This document shows, piece by piece, positions 22,101-29,776 of a stretch of 64,000 nucleotides of DNA. Every line of letters begins with the position of its first letter. Positions within the stretch are counted from its first letter, which is position 1. The DNA is taken from contig JAPLEZ010000142.1 of the NCBI GenBank assembly GCA_026390935.1, positions 35,196 to 99,195 of the forward strand. The letters run 5' to 3'. This DNA is from Bacteroidota bacterium. GTDB lineage: Bacteria > Bacteroidota > Bacteroidia > Flavobacteriales_C > GCA-002722245. The notes under the pieces were generated by a model. The model was not told the DNA's origin. It saw only the letters and a list, made by a program, of their open reading frames with translations, and did no database searches. The position numbers were made by a program, and so were the translations under genes.

Positions 22101-23707
22101 AAGTTGATGAGTGGATCGGACGTGTGCGTCACTCAACGCCAGGAGTTGGTTTGATTTCCCCTCCTCCTCACCACGATATTTACTCTATTGAGGATTTGGC
22201 GCAATTGATTTACGATTTAAAAAATGCCAACCGTGCTGCACGCATCAACGTTAAGTTGGTGTCGGAAGCTGGTGTAGGTACTATTGCTTCTGGTGTTGCC
22301 AAAGCAAAAGGTGATGTGGTGTTGATCGCTGGTTACGATGGTGGAACAGGAGCTTCTCCTATCAGTTCTATCCGTCACGCTGGATTGCCATGGGAATTGG
22401 GCTTGGCTGAAACACACCAAACATTATTATTAAACGATTTAAGAAGTCGTATCACTGTACAAACCGACGGACAATTGAGAACCGGTCGTGATATCGCCAT
22501 CGCTACTTTATTGGGAGCGGAAGAATGGGGTATCGCCACAGCTTCCTTAGTAGTTGCAGGTTGTATCATGATGCGTAAATGTCACTTGAATACTTGTCCG
22601 GTAGGAGTTGCTACACAAGATCCTGAATTGAGAAAACTCTTTACAGGAAATCCTGATCACGTAGTGAACTACTTTACTTTCGTTGCAGAAGATCTTCGTT
22701 CTATCATGGCTGAATTAGGATTCAGAACTATTGATGAAATGGTGGGAAGAACAGATTTGTTAGAAGTGAAGTACAACGAACCGAACTGGAAAACTAAAAA
22801 CTTAGATTTATCTCCTTTATTATATCGTCCGAATGTTGCTGCAGGTGTAGGTTCTTACAAGCAAAAAGAGCAGGATCATGAGATCCACGACATCATTGAT
22901 CGCAAATTAATGGAGATCGCTAAACCAGCCATTGAAAAAGGTACAGCGGTTAAAAAAGAATTCAAAATCATTAATACAGATCGTTCGGTTGGTGCAATGT
23001 TGTCGAACGAAATCTGTAAAGTTCACGGTGGCGTTGGTTTACCAGCTGGAACTATCGACATTAAATTTGTTGGTTCTGCCGGACAAAGCTTCGGAGCTTT
23101 CACCACAACAGGTGTTCGTTTCACAGTAGAAGGAGAAGCCAACGATTATTTCGGTAAAGGCTTATCGGGTGCTGAACTGGTGATTTATCCAAACAAGAAA
23201 ACCAAGTATGTTGCTGAAGACAATATGATCATTGGTAACGTTGCTTTTTACGGAGCTACTTCCGGGAAAGCTTTTATCCGCGGACAAGCGGGCGAGCGAT
23301 TCTGCGTAAGAAACTCAGGTGTTACAACCGTTGTAGAAGGTATTGGTGATCATGGTGTGGAATACATGACTGGTGGTAGAGTAGTGGTATTGGGTAAAAC
23401 CGGAAGAAACTTTGGTGCTGGTATGAGCGGTGGTTATGCCTATATCTGGGACAAATGGAAAGAATTTGCTGGAAATTTCAACAATGAATTATCTGATATC
23501 GAAGTGCTTTCTGCAGAAGACGCTGCTGAATTGAAAGCCTTGATTGAAGAGCATTTCCAATACACAAATAGTGGTGTTGCAAAAGGAATTTTGGATAACT
23601 GGGACAAAGAGTTGAAGTATTTCAAAAAGGTAATGCCACGCGATTACAAACGTGTGGTGGAAAAAAAGAAAGCAGATAAAAAAGAGAAAAAAGAATTGGT
23701 TAAATAA
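19184..23707 (+). CDS. gltB: Glutamate synthase (NADPH) large subunit
   Basis: MIENQGLYHPSFEHDSCGIGFVANL gives the amidotransferase N-terminal Cys after the propeptide. FMN and Fe-S regions. The C-terminal GXGXG domain is present. The ORF track extends upstream to a non-conserved start, and I chose the ATG at 19184. Confidence 0.9.
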   Translation: MIENQGLYHPSFEHDSCGIGFVANLKNKKSNKIIQDAIAMLENMEHRGGCGCEPETGDGAGVLIQMPHDFLKNELEKQNIELPESGQYGVCMTFFPKDADEQQRCKDLFVEYAVRLGFDVIGFRVVPTDNSMLGATSKRVEPHVEQIFLTFKDSKDPEALERRLCVLRKYANRNIHRELPNTYDSFHITSSSYKVIVYKGQLRTNQLRPYYKDLQTKEIASAMAVVHSRFSTNTTAKWRLAQPFRFIAHNGEINTIKGNVNWMRSKQVLLESTLFTVEEIDWMMPICDINRSDSSNLDNVVEILTLGGRPMAQVMMMLVPEAWQQNPGMREEKRAFYEYYSSIMEPWDGPASISFTDGKVVGATLDRNGLRPSRYCVLDDDTLIMSSEAGSLPVDESKVIEKGRLQPGKIFVADLEKGRIISDKELKDEICSAKPYGRWLKENKLTLKDLARPMKKTNAPTKGMELLQKQIAYGFTREDLNTILEPMAKDGMEPLGSMGTDVPLAVLSSQSQHLASYFKQLFAQVSNPPIDPIREKVIMSLYTNLGSQKNILAETPEHCRQIHLDDPQLSNGQLDKLRKLNDGSFKSYTINAIFSASDRPGTLENAIDEICANAERATLMGCNVLIISDRNVDANTAPIPSLLAVGAIHSDLIKKGLRTRTSLVVEAGDVIEVHHFATLIGFGANAVNAYLAGDTIRSMFEEELVAGETNIKKLLGNYAKAINYGLLKVFSKMGISTVQSYQGAQIFEALGIGPAVIEKCFSGTVSRIKGMTFDDLAKEVLIRHKRAYQNTSLDKHLFIGGYYQWKRKGEAHLFNPESISLLQKATRTNDVNVYKQFAQKINDQSQQALTLRSMLQLKKGNPIPLDQVESKESIFKRFATGAMSFGSISYEAHSTLAIAMNRIGGKSNSGEGGEDEARYAKKANGDWERSAIKQVASGRFGVTAHYLTNADELQIKIAQGAKPGEGGQLPGHKVDEWIGRVRHSTPGVGLISPPPHHDIYSIEDLAQLIYDLKNANRAARINVKLVSEAGVGTIASGVAKAKGDVVLIAGYDGGTGASPISSIRHAGLPWELGLAETHQTLLLNDLRSRITVQTDGQLRTGRDIAIATLLGAEEWGIATASLVVAGCIMMRKCHLNTCPVGVATQDPELRKLFTGNPDHVVNYFTFVAEDLRSIMAELGFRTIDEMVGRTDLLEVKYNEPNWKTKNLDLSPLLYRPNVAAGVGSYKQKEQDHEIHDIIDRKLMEIAKPAIEKGTAVKKEFKIINTDRSVGAMLSNEICKVHGGVGLPAGTIDIKFVGSAGQSFGAFTTTGVRFTVEGEANDYFGKGLSGAELVIYPNKKTKYVAEDNMIIGNVAFYGATSGKAFIRGQAGERFCVRNSGVTTVVEGIGDHGVEYMTGGRVVVLGKTGRNFGAGMSGGYAYIWDKWKEFAGNFNNELSDIEVLSAEDAAELKALIEEHFQYTNSGVAKGILDNWDKELKYFKKVMPRDYKRVVEKKKADKKEKKELVK

Positions 23708-23774
23708 TTATGAATTATGAATGTTGAATTGTGAATATTCAGCATTCAAAATTCAAAACTCAACATTAATTAAT

Positions 23775-25262
23775 ATGGGCCAACCAGACGGATTTTTAAA
23801 GTACGATAGAAAATTACCGGATTACGAGAAACCGGCAGAAAGAGTTAAACATTACACGGAGTTTTACAAACCGATGTCGGAAGAAAAAACTCGTGAACAA
23901 GCTGCGCGCTGCATGAATTGCGGTGTTCCGTTTTGTCACAATGGTTGTCCGCTCGGAAATGTTATTCCCGAATTCAACGATGCGGTATATCGCAAAGAAT
24001 GGAAAGAGGCTTACACTATCTTAAGTGAAACCAACAATTTCCCTGAGTTCACCGGAAGAATTTGTCCGGCGCCTTGCGAAGGTTCTTGCGTTTTAGGGAT
24101 CAACAAACCTCCTGTAGCTATTGAGCACATTGAGAAAAGCATTATTGAAGAAGCATACAAACAAGGTTGGGTAAAAGCCAATACCAACATCAAAAGAACA
24201 GGCAAAAAAGTGGTTGTGGTAGGTTCTGGTCCGGCAGGATTAGCTGCTGCTGATCAATTGAACAAAGCTGGTCATTTTGTTGTGGTGTATGAAAGAGCTC
24301 AAAAACCTGGTGGTTTAGTTCGTTTTGGAATTCCTGATTTTAAATTGGATAAAGCGGTAGTAGAGAGAAGAATTAAAGTGATGACGGAAGAAGGAATTCT
24401 TTTCAAATGTGGCGTTAACGTTGGTGTTGACATCACTAAAGAAGAATTATTGAAAAGCTTTGATGCTGTTGTTTTAGCGGGTGGCGCAACCAATCCGCGC
24501 GATGTGCAAATTCCAGGAAGAGAGTTCAAAGGAATTTATCCTGCCATGGAATTCTTGTCGCAAAACAATGCTCGTGTTTCTAAATTGAAACATGAAAATC
24601 ACAAAGGACAAAAGGTTGAAGAAATATTGGCTACAGGTAAGAATGTAGTGGTGATTGGTGGTGGTGATACGGGTTCCGACTGTGTGGGAACATCTAACCG
24701 TCATGGTGCAAAATCCATCACTCAATTAGAGATTGCTCCAAAACCATCTGAAGGTCGTACAGCGAGCAATCCTTGGCCAGAGTGGCCTTTGATCTTGCGT
24801 ACTTCTTCATCGCATGATGAAGGTGCAGAAAGAAAATGGAGCATATTGACCAAAGAATTTGTTGGTGATAAAAATGGAAATGTAAGCGGTTTGAAAGTCG
24901 CTGAAATTGAGTGGACAAAAGACGCTCAAGGAAAACATATTTTCAACGAAATTCCTGGTACAGAAAAAATATTGCCTTGTGAATTGGTAACGATTGCTGC
25001 TGGTTTTCTTGGGCCTGATCAAAAGGGTTTATTGGATTCTTTAGGCGTTGCTTACGATGAAAGAAGCAATGTTAAAGCGAGCACCAAAGATTACACTACA
25101 TCAGTAGAAAAAGTATTTGCAGCAGGCGATATGCGCAGAGGTCAGTCGTTGGTGGTTTGGGCCATTAGCGAAGGTCGCGAATGTGCAAAGGCAGTGGATA
25201 CTTATTTGATGGGCGACAGTGCTTTGGAGTCGAAAGATGCGTCAATGCTCGCTATAGGGTAA
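23775..25262 (+). CDS. gltD: Glutamate synthase (NADPH) small subunit
   Basis: MGQPDGFLKYDRKLP... start. Fe-S cysteine clusters (CMNCGVPFCHNGCPLGN). FAD/NAD(P) motifs VVVVGSGPAGLAAA and VVVIGGGDTGSDC. Located immediately downstream of gltB. Confidence 0.9.
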   Translation: MGQPDGFLKYDRKLPDYEKPAERVKHYTEFYKPMSEEKTREQAARCMNCGVPFCHNGCPLGNVIPEFNDAVYRKEWKEAYTILSETNNFPEFTGRICPAPCEGSCVLGINKPPVAIEHIEKSIIEEAYKQGWVKANTNIKRTGKKVVVVGSGPAGLAAADQLNKAGHFVVVYERAQKPGGLVRFGIPDFKLDKAVVERRIKVMTEEGILFKCGVNVGVDITKEELLKSFDAVVLAGGATNPRDVQIPGREFKGIYPAMEFLSQNNARVSKLKHENHKGQKVEEILATGKNVVVIGGGDTGSDCVGTSNRHGAKSITQLEIAPKPSEGRTASNPWPEWPLILRTSSSHDEGAERKWSILTKEFVGDKNGNVSGLKVAEIEWTKDAQGKHIFNEIPGTEKILPCELVTIAAGFLGPDQKGLLDSLGVAYDERSNVKASTKDYTTSVEKVFAAGDMRRGQSLVVWAISEGRECAKAVDTYLMGDSALESKDASMLAIG

Positions 25263-25266
25263 TCCT

Positions 25267-25827
25267 ATGAATATTTTTCGCAAGTTAGTTTTCGTTGGTT
25301 GTTTTATTTCTTTCGGAAGTAATTTGTGTGCACAAGAAAAGTATTCTCCTTTTCATTATACTTTTTTTCAAGAAGGTGGCGCCTCTATATATTATAGTGG
25401 ATACGCACTCGGACCGTCATTAAGCTATTGGTTCCGATTTAATTTTTACGAATTCAGCGAGTTTTTATCTCTGTCGGCTTCATGTCCTGTAAGTATTGGA
25501 GGTTATTTTAGTTCCTATTCTGGTGGCTATTTTGCTTTGGACTTACCCGCTACCCTGGATTTTAATTTTGGCAACCGGGCTAATGACGAAACAGAATTTC
25601 CAGTGGGTGGATTTGCAGGTGTTGGTGCTGCTTTTAATGCTATGTATGGCATTGGAGCAAGCCGTTCATACGGACCACTTGTTCATACAGGATTTCGCAC
25701 ATCTGTTGCTGGAAGAAGTATGACTTTACGGTTTTCTTATTTGTTTGGCTTAGGCGGAATGGACGCTTCCACTCAAGTTGATGGTAATCCAAATGTGATC
25801 GGACTTGGACTTTTTTATTTAATGTAA
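25267..25827 (+). CDS. Hypothetical secreted/outer-membrane protein (Gly/aromatic-rich, small beta-barrel-like)
   Basis: Signal peptide MNIFRKLVFVGCFISFGSNLCAQE. Alternating G/Y/F pattern. Confidence 0.5.
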   Translation: MNIFRKLVFVGCFISFGSNLCAQEKYSPFHYTFFQEGGASIYYSGYALGPSLSYWFRFNFYEFSEFLSLSASCPVSIGGYFSSYSGGYFALDLPATLDFNFGNRANDETEFPVGGFAGVGAAFNAMYGIGASRSYGPLVHTGFRTSVAGRSMTLRFSYLFGLGGMDASTQVDGNPNVIGLGLFYLM

Positions 25828-25836
25828 ATCTTTACA

Positions 25837-26397
25837 GTGGAAGACAACAAAACCTTTACTAGGGTTGATTATTCAGATAAATATTTGTCCAACGAAGTTT
25901 TCGAATTGTGCACATTTATCAATTGCAATTTCTCTAATTGCAATTTTTCTAGCGCCGAATTTATTGAATGTATTTTTGAAGATTGCAATTTCAGCAATGC
26001 AAAAATGGATGGTACAGGATTGAAGGATGTAACCTTAAAAAACTGTAAAGTTTTAGGCATTGACTTTTCAAGATGCAATGATTTTTTACTCTCTTTTCAT
26101 TTTGAAAGATGCATTCTCGATTATTCAAATTTCCATAAAAAGAAAATTAGAAACACAGTGTTCAAGGAGTGTTCCGTACGTGAGGTGGATTTTTCCAATG
26201 CTGATTTATTCGGTTCGTTATTTGAAAATTGCGATTTAAGCAGAAGTATTTTTCAGCAAACAGTTTTAGAAAAAGTGGATTTCCGCACCGCAAAAAATTA
26301 CTCCATTGATTTGGAAAATAACAAGGTGAAAAAAGCTAAGTTTTCTTTGAGTGGAATTATTGGTGTGCTGGATAAATACCAGATTGTGATTGAGTAA
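25837..26397 (+). CDS. Pentapeptide-repeat protein
   Basis: Tandem A(D/N)LXX-type pentapeptides (CNFSNCNFSSAEFIECIFEDCNFSNAKMDG...). Confidence 0.8.
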   Translation: MEDNKTFTRVDYSDKYLSNEVFELCTFINCNFSNCNFSSAEFIECIFEDCNFSNAKMDGTGLKDVTLKNCKVLGIDFSRCNDFLLSFHFERCILDYSNFHKKKIRNTVFKECSVREVDFSNADLFGSLFENCDLSRSIFQQTVLEKVDFRTAKNYSIDLENNKVKKAKFSLSGIIGVLDKYQIVIE

Positions 26398-26485
26398 TTG
26401 TCTGAACCTTGATTCACTTGATGGAAGGATTAAAGGATGTGCAATCAAGATAATCTTTTAATCAAGTGAATCAAGGTTCGGACAA
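26398..26485 (+). terminator. Long hairpin immediately after the pentapeptide gene stop (about 24-bp stem, 1 mismatch, 38-nt loop)
   Basis: TTGTCTGAACCTTGATTCACTTGAT ... ATCAAGTGAATCAAGGTTCGGACAA. Confidence 0.4.
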
Positions 26486-26489
26486 TCTT

Positions 26490-26510
26490 ATTTCTTACTC
26501 ACCATATTCA
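26490..26510. repeat. 21-bp direct repeat ATTTCTTACTCACCATATTCA, copy 1. Copy 2 is at 27246..27266
   Basis: Identical 21-mers 756 bp apart. Copy 2 encodes the last codons of the Anbu gene. Confidence 0.8.
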
Positions 26511-26513
26511 TTG

Positions 26514-26789
26514 CTTCGTGAAGTTTAGCGAAGCGAACTTCGCGAAATTTCGTATCTACTTGGAAGTTTTCAACTTCCTTTTTCTGAAAGAAAAAAATTA
26601 ATGTTATTCGGGATGTCCCTCTTCGAGGAAAGAAGCTGAAAGCTTCTAAGTGCGTTCGTAAAATCACCAAGTTCGCTTCGCTAAACTTGGTGAAGCGGCG
26701 CTCAAAAATTAAAGCAATCTCATTCTTGGGTTAGAACTTCCATAAATAATTCTTTCTTAAAAAATCGGGGGATTGCTTTAATTTTTGAG
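26514..26789. repeat. Cluster of long inverted repeats: 26514..26539 with 26670..26695 (26 bp, 3 mismatches), and 26701..26719 with 26771..26789 (19 bp, perfect). Several local palindromes are also present
   Basis: Read directly from both strands. Non-coding. Confidence 0.7.
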
Positions 26790-26833
26790 TACAAAAATTT
26801 TCGCAATGACGTGCGTGTGGTTTTGTGTGAATT

Positions 26834-27247
26834 TTATTTCGGACGGTATGCGTATTTGTTAAAACCCAGCTGCCCGTCATTGTCAAATTCAATGAACCCA
26901 ATGTCACCATCATCAAAGTAGCTCCACGTTCCGTCTTCGAATTCCTGGTTTTTATTATAAATTTTGTATGAGTTGTCCTTGCTTAATTCAAGAATGCAAT
27001 CACTGCAATTTGGATAGGCGGTGAGCTCATATTTTCCCACATGTTTTTGTCCAATATCATTTTTCCAATTGTCTTTTGTTCCTATCCATATCGAATAGAG
27101 ACCTATTGAAACAATAAGAGAAGCGCCAAAAAACTTTCTCCTGTTACCCGCATATTTTATTGTTAAAAATACGAATGTGAGGCAAATTGCAATGGAAAAT
27201 AGATGTACGAGGAAAATGAAAATTCCTACAAAACCTGCGACACTCAT
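26834..27247 (-). CDS. Hypothetical small membrane protein (2 predicted TM helices plus an acidic soluble domain)
   Basis: 137 aa. Hydrophobic N-terminus (VAGFVGIFIFLVHLFSIAICLTFVFL). Start codon overlaps the stop of the Anbu gene (27244..27247). Lies inside a segment bounded by 21-bp direct repeats. Confidence 0.5.
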   Translation of the reverse strand: MSVAGFVGIFIFLVHLFSIAICLTFVFLTIKYAGNRRKFFGASLIVSIGLYSIWIGTKDNWKNDIGQKHVGKYELTAYPNCSDCILELSKDNSYKIYNKNQEFEDGTWSYFDDGDIGFIEFDNDGQLGFNKYAYRPK

Positions 27248-27963
27248 TTCTTACTCACCATATTCACCCAATCCGCCGACATTTCATGAATACCATCCTT
27301 TAAAACACTTGCCCATTGTTCGGTATAATGGCGCAAATCTTTTTCTTCAAAACGGTGCTGTTTGATGTTGAAAGAATCCTTTTCGTAAATGAATACATCA
27401 ATTGGGTAACCCACGTCGTTGGCGCAAACTTGAGTGGAGTCAAAAGACAATAATCCGGTTTTTAATGCGAATGGAATTCCAACTTCTTTGGTGATGGAGC
27501 GACTCAAAATAGGTTTGCCATAACCTGAATTTCCAATGATCATAAAGGGAGCGGATGCTCCAATTTCAATCCAATTTCCTTGCGGGTACACAAGATATAA
27601 ATGATGTTCTGTATCTCCTTCCATTTGTCCGCCAATGAGTGTATGAATATTGAAATTCAATTTGGCTTCTTCTAAATACGATTTGTCTTCTTTTGCAACG
27701 CGGCGAATTTGCTCGCTAAAAACGTTTACTACTTTAAAAATTTTGTCCATTGGTTCCGATTTCTCGGCCAGAACTTCTTTAAAATAGGTGAGTGCTTTAT
27801 CACGCACAGAGCGCAATCCCGAAGTCATTAAAAACAGAGAATTATTCCCTTCCTGATGGGTGAATAATTTTTTGCCCATGGTGGTTTCTGTTCCTGAAGT
27901 GATGCGTGTATCGGCTATTCCAACGATACCTTCTTTCAATTTTATTCCTAAGCAGTAAGTCAT
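27244..27963 (-). CDS. Anbu (ancestral beta-subunit) proteasome-like Ntn-hydrolase peptidase
   Basis: MTYCLGIKLKEGIVGIADTRITSG, with a Thr nucleophile directly after Met and a 20S beta-subunit-like fold signature. Operon context with CP-ATP-grasp, alpha-E and transglutaminase genes. Confidence 0.8.
   Translation of the reverse strand: MTYCLGIKLKEGIVGIADTRITSGTETTMGKKLFTHQEGNNSLFLMTSGLRSVRDKALTYFKEVLAEKSEPMDKIFKVVNVFSEQIRRVAKEDKSYLEEAKLNFNIHTLIGGQMEGDTEHHLYLVYPQGNWIEIGASAPFMIIGNSGYGKPILSRSITKEVGIPFALKTGLLSFDSTQVCANDVGYPIDVFIYEKDSFNIKQHRFEEKDLRHYTEQWASVLKDGIHEMSADWVNMVSKK
27246..27266. repeat. 21-bp direct repeat, copy 2 (the 3' end of the Anbu gene)
   Basis: See copy 1. Confidence 0.8.
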
Positions 27964-27964
27964 G

Positions 27965-28825
27965 TTATTGTATTTGTTGCACGTGTACCTGGTGTTCTGA
28001 GGACTGTTGATTCGCCGACGAATTTACAACTCCTGAAACAGGTAAGCAATCATCATAATCATAGCCGTGGCAAATTTTAACATAATTATGGTCACATAAA
28101 AGTTTATTTGTAGGATCTATGCCTATCCAGCCCATTTCGGGGATGTGACATTCCACCCACGCGTGCAATTGAGATGCGCCACGTATGGCTTCACTCTGGT
28201 GCAGATAGCCGCTGGTGTATCTTGCTGCTACGCCATTGTTGCGAAGTAATCCTAAAAATAGATGTGTGAAATCCTGACATACTCCTTGACGCAGTTTTAT
28301 CACCTCAGAAGCAAGTGTGGAAGTAGTGGTAACGCCAGTGATAAATTCCATGCTGCCATGCACCTGATCGCGCAAATGAATTATTTTGTCCAATAAATTT
28401 CCTTCGTTGAGCCATAAGAAGTTGGCACTTTCTTCTGGTGATAAGTAAGCTTTTGGTCGCGATTTAGTGAGATGAATGAATTTGTAATTGTCGATGATCC
28501 ACTCGTTGGATTTAAGCACGTTTATTTCTTGTCCGACAGGCAGCGATAATCGTTCAAAAGGATTTAGATCCGGCACATATATTTTAACCGAATACGCAAT
28601 GTTCAGCGTATTAAATTTATTGGTGCTTTTGTAATAAATTTCGCTTACTTCTTTTTGTCGCGCATTGCTGATCCACCAGTCGCCATCTACGTTTATAGAA
28701 AAAACCGGACTGTTAATTTGTGCGCCCAGTGCGGCATAAGGATGAATTAAAAACTTAAGGTACGCTCCCCAAACTGGAGACGCGTAGGCATTTGTTGCCG
28801 TATACTCTAATTGATATTGACGCAT
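27965..28825 (-). CDS. Transglutaminase-like cysteine protease family protein
   Basis: CQDFTHLFLGLLRNNGVAARYTSGYL...HAWVECHIPEMGWIGIDPTN shows the Cys-His-Asp transglutaminase core. Confidence 0.8.
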   Translation of the reverse strand: MRQYQLEYTATNAYASPVWGAYLKFLIHPYAALGAQINSPVFSINVDGDWWISNARQKEVSEIYYKSTNKFNTLNIAYSVKIYVPDLNPFERLSLPVGQEINVLKSNEWIIDNYKFIHLTKSRPKAYLSPEESANFLWLNEGNLLDKIIHLRDQVHGSMEFITGVTTTSTLASEVIKLRQGVCQDFTHLFLGLLRNNGVAARYTSGYLHQSEAIRGASQLHAWVECHIPEMGWIGIDPTNKLLCDHNYVKICHGYDYDDCLPVSGVVNSSANQQSSEHQVHVQQIQ

Positions 28826-28828
28826 AAA

Positions 28829-29767
28829 TTAAAAGGAAAAATATTCTTCTACCAGTTTATTGCCAATAAGATAAATATCATATTGGGTTTTCATGATAAA
28901 GGAAGGCAAATCTTCGTTGATTTCCTCAATGGTGAGGTGTTTTAATCCTGAATATTTTTTGTTGGCTAAAAATTCTGCAGAATCCTTGCTAGGAGTTTTT
29001 GCATCGCTGATGACTTGAATTTGTTCGGTCACTTTTCGCAGGCAACTGAGCACTGATCGGGGAAAGCGATCATTGAGCAGCAAAAATTCCAATGAATCAT
29101 TCATGTTGGGAGCTCTGCGGTAGTGCTTTCTGCTCATGTCGAAAGACTCCAATCCACGCAGTAATGCTGCCAATTGATGTGTTAGTAGGGATATGTTTTC
29201 TTTTTCATTTCCTTTCAAGGCTTCTATGTCGTCCCACTTGGTTTTGATGGCTCTCAAAATTTGTGCAGCGCGTTCTAAAAATATTCCCAATTTAATAATC
29301 GACCATGCTTCATTGTGCACCAATGTGCCATCCATTTGGCCCTTGATGATGGTAAGTTGTTCAATGCTGCTTTGAGTAAAGTCGAAGAGGCCGGTAGTAC
29401 GATATTTTTTTTGATCGTAGTTTAAAACGAAGTGGTAGTATTTATTGATGGACTCCCACAATTCAGTACTAATGATATCTCTGGCGCCTCTTGCATTTTC
29501 TCGGGCATAGATGATACTTGTAATAATGGAGGATGGATTTTTTTTATCAAAGGCAACGGTTTGCAAAACATTTTGTTCGTTGAATTCTTCTTTCGGCAAA
29601 GAACTTCCATTCATTTTTAAAATAGAATTTAGCACCAGCTCTTTTTTAATGAGAATGGGTGCATCCATTGCCGAAAAATAATTCACTTTAGTATAGCGCG
29701 CCGAGTGCTCTATCCGTTCGAGGTAGCGGCCCATCCAAAATAAATTATTTGCAATCCGTGATAACAT
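28829..29767 (-). CDS. Alpha-E domain protein
   Basis: N-terminus MLSRIANNLFWMGRYLERIEHSARY is the hallmark of the alpha-E family that partners with circularly permuted ATP-grasp proteins. Confidence 0.8.
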   Translation of the reverse strand: MLSRIANNLFWMGRYLERIEHSARYTKVNYFSAMDAPILIKKELVLNSILKMNGSSLPKEEFNEQNVLQTVAFDKKNPSSIITSIIYARENARGARDIISTELWESINKYYHFVLNYDQKKYRTTGLFDFTQSSIEQLTIIKGQMDGTLVHNEAWSIIKLGIFLERAAQILRAIKTKWDDIEALKGNEKENISLLTHQLAALLRGLESFDMSRKHYRRAPNMNDSLEFLLLNDRFPRSVLSCLRKVTEQIQVISDAKTPSKDSAEFLANKKYSGLKHLTIEEINEDLPSFIMKTQYDIYLIGNKLVEEYFSF

Positions 29768-29776
29768 ATCTTTGTT

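Noticed and set aside
26488-26670. 60-aa minus-strand ORF ending ..EAMNMVSKK
   Set aside because: Its C-terminus exists only because the 21-bp direct repeat duplicates the last codons of the Anbu gene. The rest overlaps the inverted-repeat-rich non-coding region and has no coding character.
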